Below, one piece after another: positions 9,309-18,984 of a stretch of 64,000 nucleotides of DNA. The first letter of the stretch is position 1. The number at the start of each line of letters is the position of its first letter. The DNA lies in the NCBI GenBank assembly GCA_050951805.1, contig JBMNJT010000002.1, positions 96,001-160,000 of the forward strand, read 5' to 3'. Origin of the DNA: Bacillota bacterium (GTDB taxonomy: Bacteria > Bacillota > DTU025). A model generated the notes under the pieces. That model saw only the letters and a list, made by a program, of their open reading frames with translations. It searched no databases and was not told where the DNA came from. The position numbers and the translations under genes were made by a program.

Positions 9309-10880
9309 ATGCTAGTGCTTCCGGCTATAGATATCCACAACGGAAAGTGTGTTCGCCTGTTTCAGGGAGACTTTGCGAAAGTCACCGAGTATTCCGATGA
9401 CCCGTGCCAAACTGCCCGGCGATGGGCGAACATGGGCGCTCAGATGCTGCACGTGGTCGATTTAGACGGAGCCCGGCAAGGTATGCCGGTAAACTTGGAG
9501 GTTGTGCGCGGCATCATAGCCCACACTGGTCTTCCTGTACAAGTGGGCGGAGGTTTCAGAACTCCGAAGGACGTCGAATCGGCCCTTGAGGCTAAAGCGG
9601 CGCGAGTCATCCTAGGGACTGCGGCCTGTAGCGACCCGGCAATGCTCCGCGACCTTGTTAGGAGATTTGGCGAGGATAGGATCGTGGTGAGTATAGATTC
9701 CAACTGCGGTGCAGTTATGACAGATGGATGGGTGCGAGCCTCCGGCATCGCTCCTTCAGAACTTGTCGAGCGCGCCCTGGACTCTGGGATCCAGACAGTC
9801 ATTTGTACTGATGTGTCTCGAGACGGCACTTTGGCCGGGGTTAATGTTGATTCCATCGCTCAGCTGTTGTCGGCAGGCGCAAACGTTATAGTTGCAGGCG
9901 GAGTCAGTTCGATCCAGGATCTTCGTCAGCTGAAAGGCCTGGAAAGCCAGGGAGTGAGCGGAGTCATCATCGGCCGCGCTCTGTACACTGGCGCGATCAG
10001 ATTCCGAGATGCGTTGAGAGCGGCAGGAAGCAGGAGAATCATTCCTTGCCTTGACACGAAGGACGGCCGCGTGGTGAAGGGGGTTAACTTCGAGAATCTG
10101 AGGGATGCAGGCGACCCCGTTGGATTGGCTGAGATCTATGAGAGCCAGGGAGCTGACGAGCTGATGTTGCTCGATCTGTCTGCTACTGCTGAGGGACGCA
10201 GGACTGCCCTGGATCTTGTGGGCCGGGTCGCGTCTGCCGTCTCGATTCCCCTTTCAGCGGGCGGGGGCATCACAAGCCTCGATGATGTCGGGCGAGTTCT
10301 CGATGCCGGCGCGTCAAAGGTGTGCATCAACTCTGCAGCGGTGCGAAACCCTCAGTTGCTCCAGCATGCGGCGAAGGCTTTCGGGGTTGACCGGATCGTC
10401 TCCGCCATAGATGCATCCGCCATTGCGGAGCCATTTTTGGATGCAGGCAACAGACATGGCGATCGTGATGTCAACGACATCGTAAGCATCGAGGTTGACA
10501 GCAAGAACGATGGTAATGGTGACGGCTGTGGCAGGTGGGTTGTGTGCACATTCGGGGGCAAGCAACGCACGGATCTCGATTTGATTGAATGGGCTCGCAC
10601 CGTTGAGCGGCTGGGGGCAGGCGAAATCCTCCTCACGTCTGTGGATAGAGACGGGTCGACGGACGGCTACGACTTGCGGCAGCTGCGGGCCGTGACCCAA
10701 GCGGTGGGCATTCCTGTGATCGCGTCGGGCGGTGCAGGAACACCTGAGCATTTCCGCGATGCGTTCGTGGAAGGCGGAGCTGATGCTGCCCTTGCAGCCT
10801 CGGTCTTCCACTTCGGAACGCTGAGCGTGGGAGATGTAAAAAGACACCTCAAGCGGGAAGGAGTTGACGTCAGGTTATGA
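9309..10880 (+). CDS. hisA-hisF: Fused HisA (ProFAR isomerase) and HisF (IGP synthase cyclase), 523 aa
   Basis: About aa 1-240 is HisA (PAIDIHNGKCVRL, LHVVDLDGA, QVGGG, TDVSRDG, GRALY). The rest is HisF (RIIPCLD, VVKGVNF, GDPV, DELMLLD, GEILLTSVDRDG, PVIASGGAG, AALAASVFH). No stop, RBS or ATG at the junction. Confidence 0.93.
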   Translation: MLVLPAIDIHNGKCVRLFQGDFAKVTEYSDDPCQTARRWANMGAQMLHVVDLDGARQGMPVNLEVVRGIIAHTGLPVQVGGGFRTPKDVESALEAKAARVILGTAACSDPAMLRDLVRRFGEDRIVVSIDSNCGAVMTDGWVRASGIAPSELVERALDSGIQTVICTDVSRDGTLAGVNVDSIAQLLSAGANVIVAGGVSSIQDLRQLKGLESQGVSGVIIGRALYTGAIRFRDALRAAGSRRIIPCLDTKDGRVVKGVNFENLRDAGDPVGLAEIYESQGADELMLLDLSATAEGRRTALDLVGRVASAVSIPLSAGGGITSLDDVGRVLDAGASKVCINSAAVRNPQLLQHAAKAFGVDRIVSAIDASAIAEPFLDAGNRHGDRDVNDIVSIEVDSKNDGNGDGCGRWVVCTFGGKQRTDLDLIEWARTVERLGAGEILLTSVDRDGSTDGYDLRQLRAVTQAVGIPVIASGGAGTPEHFRDAFVEGGADAALAASVFHFGTLSVGDVKRHLKREGVDVRL

Positions 10881-11590
10881 TTGAACGATTGGAATCGGAT
10901 GATGGCGAAAGCCTGGAAGGATGGATAGACACGCTCAAATTCGGTGCAGATGGACTGATTCCCGCTGTCATTCAGGAGAGTGTGACTGGCCAGGTGCTGA
11001 TGGTCGGATACATGAATCGCCAGTCCATCGAAATGACGCTCCGTGAAGGCCGGACATGTTTTTGGAGCAGGAGCCGCCAGAGGCTGTGGACCAAGGGAGA
11101 GACTTCCGGACATTTCCAGAAAGTGCGGGCGGTCTTCTGCGACTGCGACCGCGACTGCTTGCTCATAGAGGTTGACCAGACGGGCGAGGCTTGTCACTTG
11201 GGCCGAAAGTCCTGTTTCTTTACGCAGTTATGGGGCAGTGCAGATGCTGCTGGGACCGGGTTCAGTCTGGATAAGCTCTACGAAACAGTGGAGGATAGAA
11301 AGGCAAGCCAACCGGAAGGTTCGTACACGGCCAAGTTGATCCGATCCGGGCAAGACCGAGTGCTGAAAAAAGTGGCTGAGGAGGCCGGCGAAGTGATGCT
11401 GGCTTCCAAGAACGACGACAGAGAGGAGATCATCAGGGAGATGGCGGACTTGTGGTTCCATTCCATCGTCGTTTTGGCATACCACGATATTCCTCCGCAG
11501 GCGATCCTGGACGAGTTGGCCGATCGTCACAGTAATGCGCGGAAAGCGGAAAGCTTGTGCACAGAAAGAAAAGAGGGCCCTGGATACTGA
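10877..11590 (+). CDS. hisIE: Bifunctional phosphoribosyl-AMP cyclohydrolase / phosphoribosyl-ATP pyrophosphatase
   Basis: WSRSRQRLWTKGETSG, DCDRD, ACHLGRKSCF, then SYTAKL, KKVAEEAGE, EMADLWFH. Confidence 0.95.
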   Translation: MIERLESDDGESLEGWIDTLKFGADGLIPAVIQESVTGQVLMVGYMNRQSIEMTLREGRTCFWSRSRQRLWTKGETSGHFQKVRAVFCDCDRDCLLIEVDQTGEACHLGRKSCFFTQLWGSADAAGTGFSLDKLYETVEDRKASQPEGSYTAKLIRSGQDRVLKKVAEEAGEVMLASKNDDREEIIREMADLWFHSIVVLAYHDIPPQAILDELADRHSNARKAESLCTERKEGPGY

Positions 11591-11630
11591 GGCAAGAGCG
11601 TCCGCGGGCCCTGCACATGGACGGGAAAGC

Positions 11631-13145
11631 TTAGATGTTGTCGGAGCCTACGGACTGCAATAGCCTGGACTTTGCCATGAAGCATGCAGCCAGTTGATAG
11701 GCGAGATCGGACTCGGCTTTGCGCACTGCGTCTATAGCTTCTGAGACTTCTGCATACGCGACTGCGCCAATACGGCATTGCTCCTCTCTTATGTCCAATG
11801 TTGCCGTGGCGATGGCGACAGCCAAACGCGCCAGCTCGACCGATGACTCTGCTTCGCGAAGATTGTAGAATGCTTCAACTACTTCAAGGAGTATGGAATC
11901 CCTTGTTTCGACGGCATTTGCTTTAGCCTGTTCCACTCGGCCTTTTGCGGACTCGATGGCGATCTCTGCAGCGTAATCCCTAGTAAGCAGTGCGGAGACC
12001 TCTAGGCCCACGCGCCAGTGTCCCCCGGATGACGCTTGCCCTTGGAAAAAGACATCCGGGCGTTTGGCCGCAATCGCTTGAGCGAGGGCAGCCTCGGCAT
12101 CTGCGACATCTTGCTCTGCCATGGGAATTTCGGGCCTCGTTTCGAGCGCCGCCCGCGTACAGGTGTCGAGATCCAGGTCTTCAGGCCATCTCACATACTC
12201 TCCGGCCGGCGCGAGGTGCACTAAAGTTTCCAGGTCTCTGCCTATAGCACGGTTAAAGCTGATGGAAGCAATAGCCAGATTGTGCCGGGCAGATTGAGCT
12301 GCCGCTTCGGCTCTGTCGGCGCCGGCCTTTGCTTCTAGTGCATCAAGTTCGCTTGCGTTCCCCGCAGAACATCGCCCCTCCACGAAAGCCGCATGAGTGC
12401 GGGCACGCGAGAGACCGCGGTCAGCGGCGGCGACTCGGTCTTCCGCTGCAAGGAGATTGAAGTATGCGGCCTGCGCTGAAGCACGCGCTTGGCGTATCGA
12501 CTGGTCGAGCTGGAACTGAGCACTCCGCAATTGAGACTGGGCAGAGCTTGTTGAGCTTGGGGCCTCGCCCGGGGAGCTAGCGCCGAGTATGGGCAGGGAC
12601 AGGCTTGCACTGCCGTTCCAGGCGCTTTTGCCCGATAAGGCCGGGTCTGAAAATGCAAAGGATGCGGTGGCCGACAATGAAAGGCTCCCGCCACCCAGCG
12701 GAATCCGCACGTCTCCGCCAGCTTGCGAAAGCGCATACATGGACGTCTCGCCTTTTCCCATCGGTTTGCTGTCTTCTTCGACGACACTCTGGACACTTAG
12801 CGGCCCAATCCCTATTTGCAGAGGTGCGGCATGGACCGTTATAGAAGGCCGCTTTTGAGCTTCGGCAGCCTGGAGCTGAAGCATTGCGAGCTCCACAGCG
12901 CGCTTGGCCGAAGCGACCGATGGCGAGGAGGATTCGGCCAGGCGCATTACATCTTCCATGGTCAGAGCCAGACTCTCGTCGGCGTGTGATGCGCCTAGAG
13001 AAGAATCCGCAGCAAAGGTGCATGGTGCAAGGGCGAGGAGTAACATCACAACGCAGATACAGATGTCTGCAGCTCTACGGCTGAACGGAACCGTGACAAA
13101 AGCCGTCTGCCGCTGCTGGCTTTTGTGTTGAGCAGTCTGGCTCAT
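11631..13145 (-). CDS. TolC-family outer membrane efflux protein
   Basis: Signal peptide; two OEP repeats (LTMEDVMRLA; AYFNLLAA; ALETRPEI; VVEAFYNL) with short beta-strand segments. Confidence 0.8.
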   Translation of the reverse strand: MSQTAQHKSQQRQTAFVTVPFSRRAADICICVVMLLLALAPCTFAADSSLGASHADESLALTMEDVMRLAESSSPSVASAKRAVELAMLQLQAAEAQKRPSITVHAAPLQIGIGPLSVQSVVEEDSKPMGKGETSMYALSQAGGDVRIPLGGGSLSLSATASFAFSDPALSGKSAWNGSASLSLPILGASSPGEAPSSTSSAQSQLRSAQFQLDQSIRQARASAQAAYFNLLAAEDRVAAADRGLSRARTHAAFVEGRCSAGNASELDALEAKAGADRAEAAAQSARHNLAIASISFNRAIGRDLETLVHLAPAGEYVRWPEDLDLDTCTRAALETRPEIPMAEQDVADAEAALAQAIAAKRPDVFFQGQASSGGHWRVGLEVSALLTRDYAAEIAIESAKGRVEQAKANAVETRDSILLEVVEAFYNLREAESSVELARLAVAIATATLDIREEQCRIGAVAYAEVSEAIDAVRKAESDLAYQLAACFMAKSRLLQSVGSDNI

Positions 13146-14290
13146 CGGGGATCACCAGGCTCAGCCTCTTCGGCCGGATAGTTTGCCCAGGCATCAAAGT
13201 GCAGTCGGGCGATGTTGTAGCTCATTATCGATTGAAGCTCGGAGAGCCTGGCCTCGGTGAGGCTCAACTGCGCTCCCAAGAGTGAATTGGCGATTTCCAT
13301 GCCGTGCTCGTAACGGAGCTTCATTATTCTGTAGTTTTCCTCTGCCTGTTTGGTCGCGGCTGAGGCGATTGAAATCGCCCTGTGGGATTCCTCAAGCGAC
13401 AGATACATCTGCCGGGCTTCAACTCGCACTCCGCGCTCAGCCTGGCCTGCGGCGAGCCTGGCCTGTGCCAGAGCATTATTGAGCTGCCGCTTGGTCAGTT
13501 CGGGAGTGTATTCGTTATCTGCGAACTTCGCTTCGAGCTCGCAGATCTCCAGGGTTTCTCGGGCCTTGACGATCTCCGGGCGATTCTTCAAAGCAAGGGC
13601 GAGTGCGGCTTCGTAGTCAACATCTCCGGCAATTGGCTGGGCTGAATCGATCGCAATGACAGGTGTGTCAAGGTCCATGCCTAAGGTGCGCTTTAGGGCC
13701 AGTTGTGCCAGTTCAAGATGGTTTTTGGCAGACAACGTCGAGGTTACTGCCTGCTCCAGAGCGATTTCAGCTGACATGACATCCATCTTGCTTGCCAGGC
13801 CGGCTTCGAATCTAAGACGAACGATTCGCAGGCTTTCCCTGGCCTGTTCTTCGGAGGCATGTATTATGTTGGCACGCTCTTGCGCTGTCACAAGATTGTA
13901 GTAGGCCTCGTCTACATCGAGCATGAGGGATTGTTCTTTTGCGACAAGGGCACGTCTAGCGTCCCGTCTGGCGCCGGCTGCGCGTTTGGAGGCGATCACG
14001 GATGGCCTTATGAGGGCATCTGCCTCTGCCATCTGGAACTGGATTTCGGATGCTTCGAACTCGAGCACTGCCATGGCATAATCATAGCTGTGGTCAATCG
14101 CGTAGCTGCGCGCTTCATCCAGGGTCAATTCCAAGGGCTCAGGCTGAGCTACTGCGCATAGCCCGCCGGATCCGGAGAGGGCGAGAAGCGCCAGAATGGC
14201 CATGGTTATGGCTAGAGGTGACTGTCGGAAATGCCGGGCGTGAGCGGGATTTTTCAACCTCAAACTTTTGGAAAGCGGTTTGATTGTCAT
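13142..14290 (-). CDS. TolC-family protein (shorter, mostly helical)
   Basis: Signal peptide, LTLDEARSYA, VDEAYYNLV, RFEAGLASKMDV, ALKNRPEI, RYEHG; overlaps the next TolC gene by 4 nt. Confidence 0.8.
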   Translation of the reverse strand: MTIKPLSKSLRLKNPAHARHFRQSPLAITMAILALLALSGSGGLCAVAQPEPLELTLDEARSYAIDHSYDYAMAVLEFEASEIQFQMAEADALIRPSVIASKRAAGARRDARRALVAKEQSLMLDVDEAYYNLVTAQERANIIHASEEQARESLRIVRLRFEAGLASKMDVMSAEIALEQAVTSTLSAKNHLELAQLALKRTLGMDLDTPVIAIDSAQPIAGDVDYEAALALALKNRPEIVKARETLEICELEAKFADNEYTPELTKRQLNNALAQARLAAGQAERGVRVEARQMYLSLEESHRAISIASAATKQAEENYRIMKLRYEHGMEIANSLLGAQLSLTEARLSELQSIMSYNIARLHFDAWANYPAEEAEPGDPR

Positions 14291-14642
14291 TATTCCAAAG
14301 TCCTCCTAACGGGAATCACTTGGGTCTGATAATAGGTAGTTCGCCGTACGGCCGGTTCCTCCTTCGGAGGCACATGAAGGGTGTATGTACGAGAGGAAGG
14401 TAGGCTTTGGGCTGTTTTATCCGTTCAAATTGATGATGGATGCAGGCGGCACAGACGTGATTCATCTGCAGGATGTGAGCATACGGGAAATGGAACTGAC
14501 TGAGAAACCTTGCAAAGGAAATTGACTACGGTGGAGCGCCAGCTTACCCCATAGGGTGATCGCTGGCTGTCCGCCGGGAGCCGCCATAAGCCAACGCATG
14601 AGCACGCAGCAACTATATGATAGCCTGTGGCTGTTGCCTCGC

Positions 14643-15860
14643 TCACTCTGATGCAAGTTCCGCCAATGCCGTGGCTGCCCTGTCGACGTCAGCGATGGTA
14701 TTGAACCATCCGAAACTGAACCGGACCGTGCCTTCAGGGAAGGTGCCCACAGTCTTGTGCGCTAGGGGAGCGCAGTGAAGTCCCGACCTTACCATCACTC
14801 CAAATTCCGCATCGAGCTCGTAGGCGAGTCTTCCCGGGTCGATGCACCCGTCTTCAAAGCTGATTGACACGGTGGCAACTGCGTCATCGGCAGACGCCTC
14901 ACCCGAGCCCCACGGTCCGAGAACGCGGACTTTCGGCCCAATGTCGACCGCCTGTTGAACGAATCGACTGGCCAATTCGGCTTCGTGACGCCTTATGCGG
15001 TCAGGACCGGTTTTTTGAACGAATTGCATGCCCGCGGCCAGCCCGGCTATTCCGACGGTATTCGGAGTTCCCGGTTCGAACTTATCCGGTAGAAATCCGG
15101 GTTGTCTCTCTTCATCAGACTTGCTTCCGGTGCCTCCCTGAGCGAGTGGGAGCATTTCCGCGGCTGCCCTGTCGCTCACGATCATTCCACCTGTTCCTGG
15201 CGGGCCGTATAGTGCCTTGTGGCCTGTGAAAGCCAAGATGTCGGCACCGAGGGCCCCGAAATCGAGGTCGATAACGCCGGCGGTTTGCGCTGCATCCACA
15301 ACGAAGAAAGCTCCTGCTTCGGCCGCGATTCGACCTACATCGGCAACTGGCAAGATTGTCCCGACGACGTTGGAAGCTCCAGTCATCACTATCATCTTTG
15401 TGTTCGGTCTGATCGCTTTCCTGATATCATCTGGGTCAAGTCTGCCTAGGGAATCGCACCCGACTATCGATACTTCGACGCGGTTTTGATCCTTTGCATG
15501 GCAAAGAGGCCTGATTACCGAGTTATGCTCCATGCTGGTCGTTACCACGTGGTCTTCAGGGCGGAGCAAGCCGTGGATGGCGCAGTTTAGGGCGTATGTT
15601 ACGTTGGGGGTGAAGACGACGTGCTCCTCTGAAGGGGCGCGAAAGAGCCTTGCCGCCGCAATGCGCGCATTCAGAGTCAGACGCCCTGCATCAAGGCTGA
15701 GGGAGTAGCCTCCCCGCCCGGGGCTTGCTCCGATGTTGAGCATGTACTGTTGCATCGCTTCCCATACCTGAGGCGGCTTGGGGAACGAAGTTGCAGCGTT
15801 GTCCAGATAAATCTTTGCCATGGTTGAAGACTTGATGGAGCGACAATCGTCTATATTCAA
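14643..15860 (-). CDS. Cysteine desulfurase / selenocysteine lyase-like class V aminotransferase
   Basis: IYLDNAATS, EHNSV, VDAAQTAG, PLP lysine in FTGHKALYGP, catalytic RSGLHCAP, VRFSFG. Confidence 0.92.
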   Translation of the reverse strand: MNIDDCRSIKSSTMAKIYLDNAATSFPKPPQVWEAMQQYMLNIGASPGRGGYSLSLDAGRLTLNARIAAARLFRAPSEEHVVFTPNVTYALNCAIHGLLRPEDHVVTTSMEHNSVIRPLCHAKDQNRVEVSIVGCDSLGRLDPDDIRKAIRPNTKMIVMTGASNVVGTILPVADVGRIAAEAGAFFVVDAAQTAGVIDLDFGALGADILAFTGHKALYGPPGTGGMIVSDRAAAEMLPLAQGGTGSKSDEERQPGFLPDKFEPGTPNTVGIAGLAAGMQFVQKTGPDRIRRHEAELASRFVQQAVDIGPKVRVLGPWGSGEASADDAVATVSISFEDGCIDPGRLAYELDAEFGVMVRSGLHCAPLAHKTVGTFPEGTVRFSFGWFNTIADVDRAATALAELASE

Positions 15861-16837
15861 CTGTAGTCCCTTTCTTTCTGCATCATGTGTCGTTTTCGCG
15901 TCATTTCCAATTCGTCCGCAGTCGATTCTCTTGGATGCAAGAGCCTCTCCAAGACGAAATCTCGGAAGGCCAGAGCAGTAGGTGATAGGACTTTTCGCTT
16001 GTGGTTGATCATGTAAAGTTGCCGATGGAGGTCGATGCCCTTTATGCGCACGGCTTTCAGCTTTCTTTCCGCTATCTCCGCAGCCGCGGCCCGCGCTGAC
16101 ACGATGCCAAGCCCCAATCCCGCGTCTGCTGCAACTGCCGCCTTGATTGCCTCTGCGCTTTCAAGGCGGGCTCTGATATTGAGTCCGCGGGGGTCTATGC
16201 CGTGCTCCTGCAGTGCCTTATCGAATGTGACCTGGGTGCCAGACCCCGGCTCGCGGCAGACGATGGGTTCGGCAAGCAACGATTCTATGTCAATTATATC
16301 TCCCCAAGCCGCGTATTTGCTTTTTGGAGGAGCGATCAATATCACTTCGTCTTCTATGATGGGAAATGATTCTATGCTAGCCTCGTTGCCAATTGATCCG
16401 ACGATGCCTAGATCTGCATCGTAATTGAGAATTCTGTCCCACACCTCTTGCGAATCCGCATGGCGCAACTGGATGAAGACTTTCGGGTACTCGGCCAAGA
16501 ATTCGGCCACGAACTCTGGGATCACATACCCTGCTGGAACACTGCTGGCCAGCAATGTTAGGGTTCCCGAGAAGTCCGACTTGTAATGGTCGATGGCTTC
16601 CGCTGCTCGATCGCGCATGGCGAGGATATCGGCGGCGTAAGGCTTCAGCACCTGACCTGCAGGAGTAAGTGTCACTCCATGGCTTTTCCTTTCGAAAAGT
16701 GTGACCCCTAGTTCGCGCTCGAGTGCTGCAATCTGCACGCTGATGGTCGGCTGCGACATGAAAAGGGATACTGCGGCCTCGGTAAAGGAACCGTGGTTGG
16801 CGACGGCAAGAAAGATAGAGAGTTGCTTTATGTCCAT
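15857..16837 (-). CDS. LysR-family regulator (selenium-metabolism-associated type)
   Basis: HTH GSFTEAAVSLFMSQPTISVQIAALERELGVTLFER; REPGSGT; divergent from yedE. Confidence 0.92.
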   Translation of the reverse strand: MDIKQLSIFLAVANHGSFTEAAVSLFMSQPTISVQIAALERELGVTLFERKSHGVTLTPAGQVLKPYAADILAMRDRAAEAIDHYKSDFSGTLTLLASSVPAGYVIPEFVAEFLAEYPKVFIQLRHADSQEVWDRILNYDADLGIVGSIGNEASIESFPIIEDEVILIAPPKSKYAAWGDIIDIESLLAEPIVCREPGSGTQVTFDKALQEHGIDPRGLNIRARLESAEAIKAAVAADAGLGLGIVSARAAAAEIAERKLKAVRIKGIDLHRQLYMINHKRKVLSPTALAFRDFVLERLLHPRESTADELEMTRKRHMMQKERDYS

Positions 16838-17134
16838 GATGTCAATTCACTCTCCGGCTTCAAGGTAAGCATGGCCAACGGCAATCGTTGACGGCAGGGA
16901 AAAACACGCGTCCCATCGCGGGCCGCTTGCCCCCTTATGCAAGTATCTCGCGGCGCACCGCCATTGTCAACATGATATTAGATAGCGTAATTCAATTGAT
17001 ACGAATTATTAATAGTCTGTATTGTGAACGCCTGGAGATGGTCATATACTTCAATTGGCTCCACATTGTGCGAGACTACATTTTCTCCATTTTATAGTTG
17101 GAGTCCATGTTCTAAGGGAGGTCAGGTCGTCGTT

Positions 17135-18235
17135 ATGAACCAACGTCGTGTCGTAATAGTTGCCGGCGCTATCGTGGGAGCGCTCAGCATCATTCTGGTG
17201 GCAACGGGCAATCCGGGCAATATGGGGATATGTGTTGCGTGCTTTATACGTGACATCGCGGGAGCTCTGGGATTGCACCGCGCTCCGATAGTTCAGTATA
17301 TTCGCCCCGAGATTCCGGGCTTCATCATCGGATCGATGATCGCTGCAATGGCTGCAGGGGAGTTCAAGACCAGGGGCGGATCATCTCCGCTTCTCCGGTT
17401 TGTTCTCGGCTTTTTTGTAATGATAGCGTCATTGGTATTCTTGGGATGCCCGCTCAGGATGGTTTTGCGCCTGGCAGGCGGCGACCTCAATGCGCTTTTG
17501 GGCATTGCGGGTTTTGCATTCGGCATATGGATAGGAACACTCTTCCTCAAGCGCGGCTTTACTTTGGGAAGAAGCACAGCAATGCATAAGGGAAACGGGG
17601 CTGTAATGCCGCTGATCAGCATTGCGCTGATCGCGCTTTTAGTGGCCGCTCCTGCGTTCATCTTCTTCAGTGAGACCGGTCCCGGCTCGATGCACGCACC
17701 GCTCATACTGGCGCTGCTTGCTGGAATCATCGTTGGGGTGGTAGCACAGCGTTCGCGCCTCTGCTTGGCAGGGGGAATCAGAGACTTGATATTGATACGC
17801 GATCCACACCTATTCAATGGTTTTGTGGCCATATTCGCAGTAGCCGCACTCCTCAACCTCCTCACAGGCAGGTTCCAGTTCGGATTTGACGGACAGCCTG
17901 TGGCCCATACTGATGGCCTGTGGAATTTCCTCAGCATGTCAGTGGTGGGACTCGGTGCAGTGCTCCTCGGCGGGTGCCCGCTTCGTCAATGCATACTCTC
18001 TGGCGAAGGTGACGGAGATGCTGCGATTGCATTCCTCGGGATGCTTGTGGGGGCGGCATTTGCGCACAACTTCGGCCTGGCGTCTTCGCCAGCGGGGGTG
18101 ACCGGCGCAGGTAAGGCTGCTACCTTGATCGGACTTGCGGTTATGCTGGCAATCGGTTATTTTGGGGCAGTAAACGCTGTTGACGCATTGAGTACAGTCG
18201 GTGGCGGCAAGAAGACTGCTGGCGGCAGCAGATAA
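17135..18235 (+). CDS. yedE: YedE/YeeE-family membrane protein (sulfur/selenium transport)
   Basis: GNPGNMGICVACFIRD, two GCPLR motifs, QRSRLC; multiple TM helices; RBS GGGAGG upstream of ATG 17135. Confidence 0.88.
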   Translation: MNQRRVVIVAGAIVGALSIILVATGNPGNMGICVACFIRDIAGALGLHRAPIVQYIRPEIPGFIIGSMIAAMAAGEFKTRGGSSPLLRFVLGFFVMIASLVFLGCPLRMVLRLAGGDLNALLGIAGFAFGIWIGTLFLKRGFTLGRSTAMHKGNGAVMPLISIALIALLVAAPAFIFFSETGPGSMHAPLILALLAGIIVGVVAQRSRLCLAGGIRDLILIRDPHLFNGFVAIFAVAALLNLLTGRFQFGFDGQPVAHTDGLWNFLSMSVVGLGAVLLGGCPLRQCILSGEGDGDAAIAFLGMLVGAAFAHNFGLASSPAGVTGAGKAATLIGLAVMLAIGYFGAVNAVDALSTVGGGKKTAGGSR

Positions 18236-18248
18236 GGGGGGATGGACC

Positions 18249-18479
18249 ATGGCAACACAAGTAGACGCTAGGGGGCTTTCTTGTCCTCAACCTGTAGTTC
18301 TTACTAAGAAGGCTATGGATTCGATCACATCAGGAGAAATCGAAGTGCTCGTGGACAACCCTGCTGCCAGGGAGAATGTCGCAAGATTTGCGAGGAATGC
18401 TGGATGTTCGGTGGAGATTGGTGAGGAGAGGGATGGCTCGTATGTCATTTCGATTTCCAAGGCAGGACGTAAGAGCTAA
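18249..18479 (+). CDS. TusA/YedF/SirA-family sulfur carrier
   Basis: VDARGLSCPQPV motif, EVLVDN..ARENV; RBS AAGGGGG. Confidence 0.9.
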   Translation: MATQVDARGLSCPQPVVLTKKAMDSITSGEIEVLVDNPAARENVARFARNAGCSVEIGEERDGSYVISISKAGRKS

Positions 18480-18984
18480 GCAGAATAACGTTGAGCCGCC
18501 CCATGAGGCTGAATCTTATGAGAGCAGGGCCGGTGCCTCCGGCCCTGCTAGTTGCGTTGCGGGATGTTCGTTTGGGGTCGGAAGAGGAGTCGAGGGAGCG
18601 CCGAAAAGGGAAAAGGAAGCGGCTGAGTCGGCAGAAGAAGTGGAGCTGCTTGTTACATTCCCCAGTGTACATCATGCGCTCAAATTGGAGCGGATGATCA
18701 AAACATGTGCGTGTGGGCAGGACGGCTCGGGACGGTCAGTCGATCTGATGCCTGTTCCACGCCGGATAAGTTCCAGCTGTGGTCTGGCTGCCAGCGTTTG
18801 CGTGACCATGGGCGCGGGGAGTACGTCCGGGAATGGTGTTGCCCGATTGGGCAGCCCGGGTACTGTTTGCCGTTCTTTGGTGGAGGAGTTGAAGGCGGCT
18901 GGCGTAGAATACCAGGGCATATACCTGCCTCTGCCTGGCGGCGAGTTTCAGCTTCTGACCGATGGTGAAGAGGCGGGGATGTAG
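18376..18984 (+). CDS. DUF3343-family protein (start uncertain; conserved core from ~18639)
   Basis: LLVTFPSVHHALKLE and LMPVPRRISSSCGLA motifs, typical of DUF3343 in YedE/YedF clusters. Confidence 0.7.
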   Translation: MSQDLRGMLDVRWRLVRRGMARMSFRFPRQDVRAKQNNVEPPHEAESYESRAGASGPASCVAGCSFGVGRGVEGAPKREKEAAESAEEVELLVTFPSVHHALKLERMIKTCACGQDGSGRSVDLMPVPRRISSSCGLAASVCVTMGAGSTSGNGVARLGSPGTVCRSLVEELKAAGVEYQGIYLPLPGGEFQLLTDGEEAGM

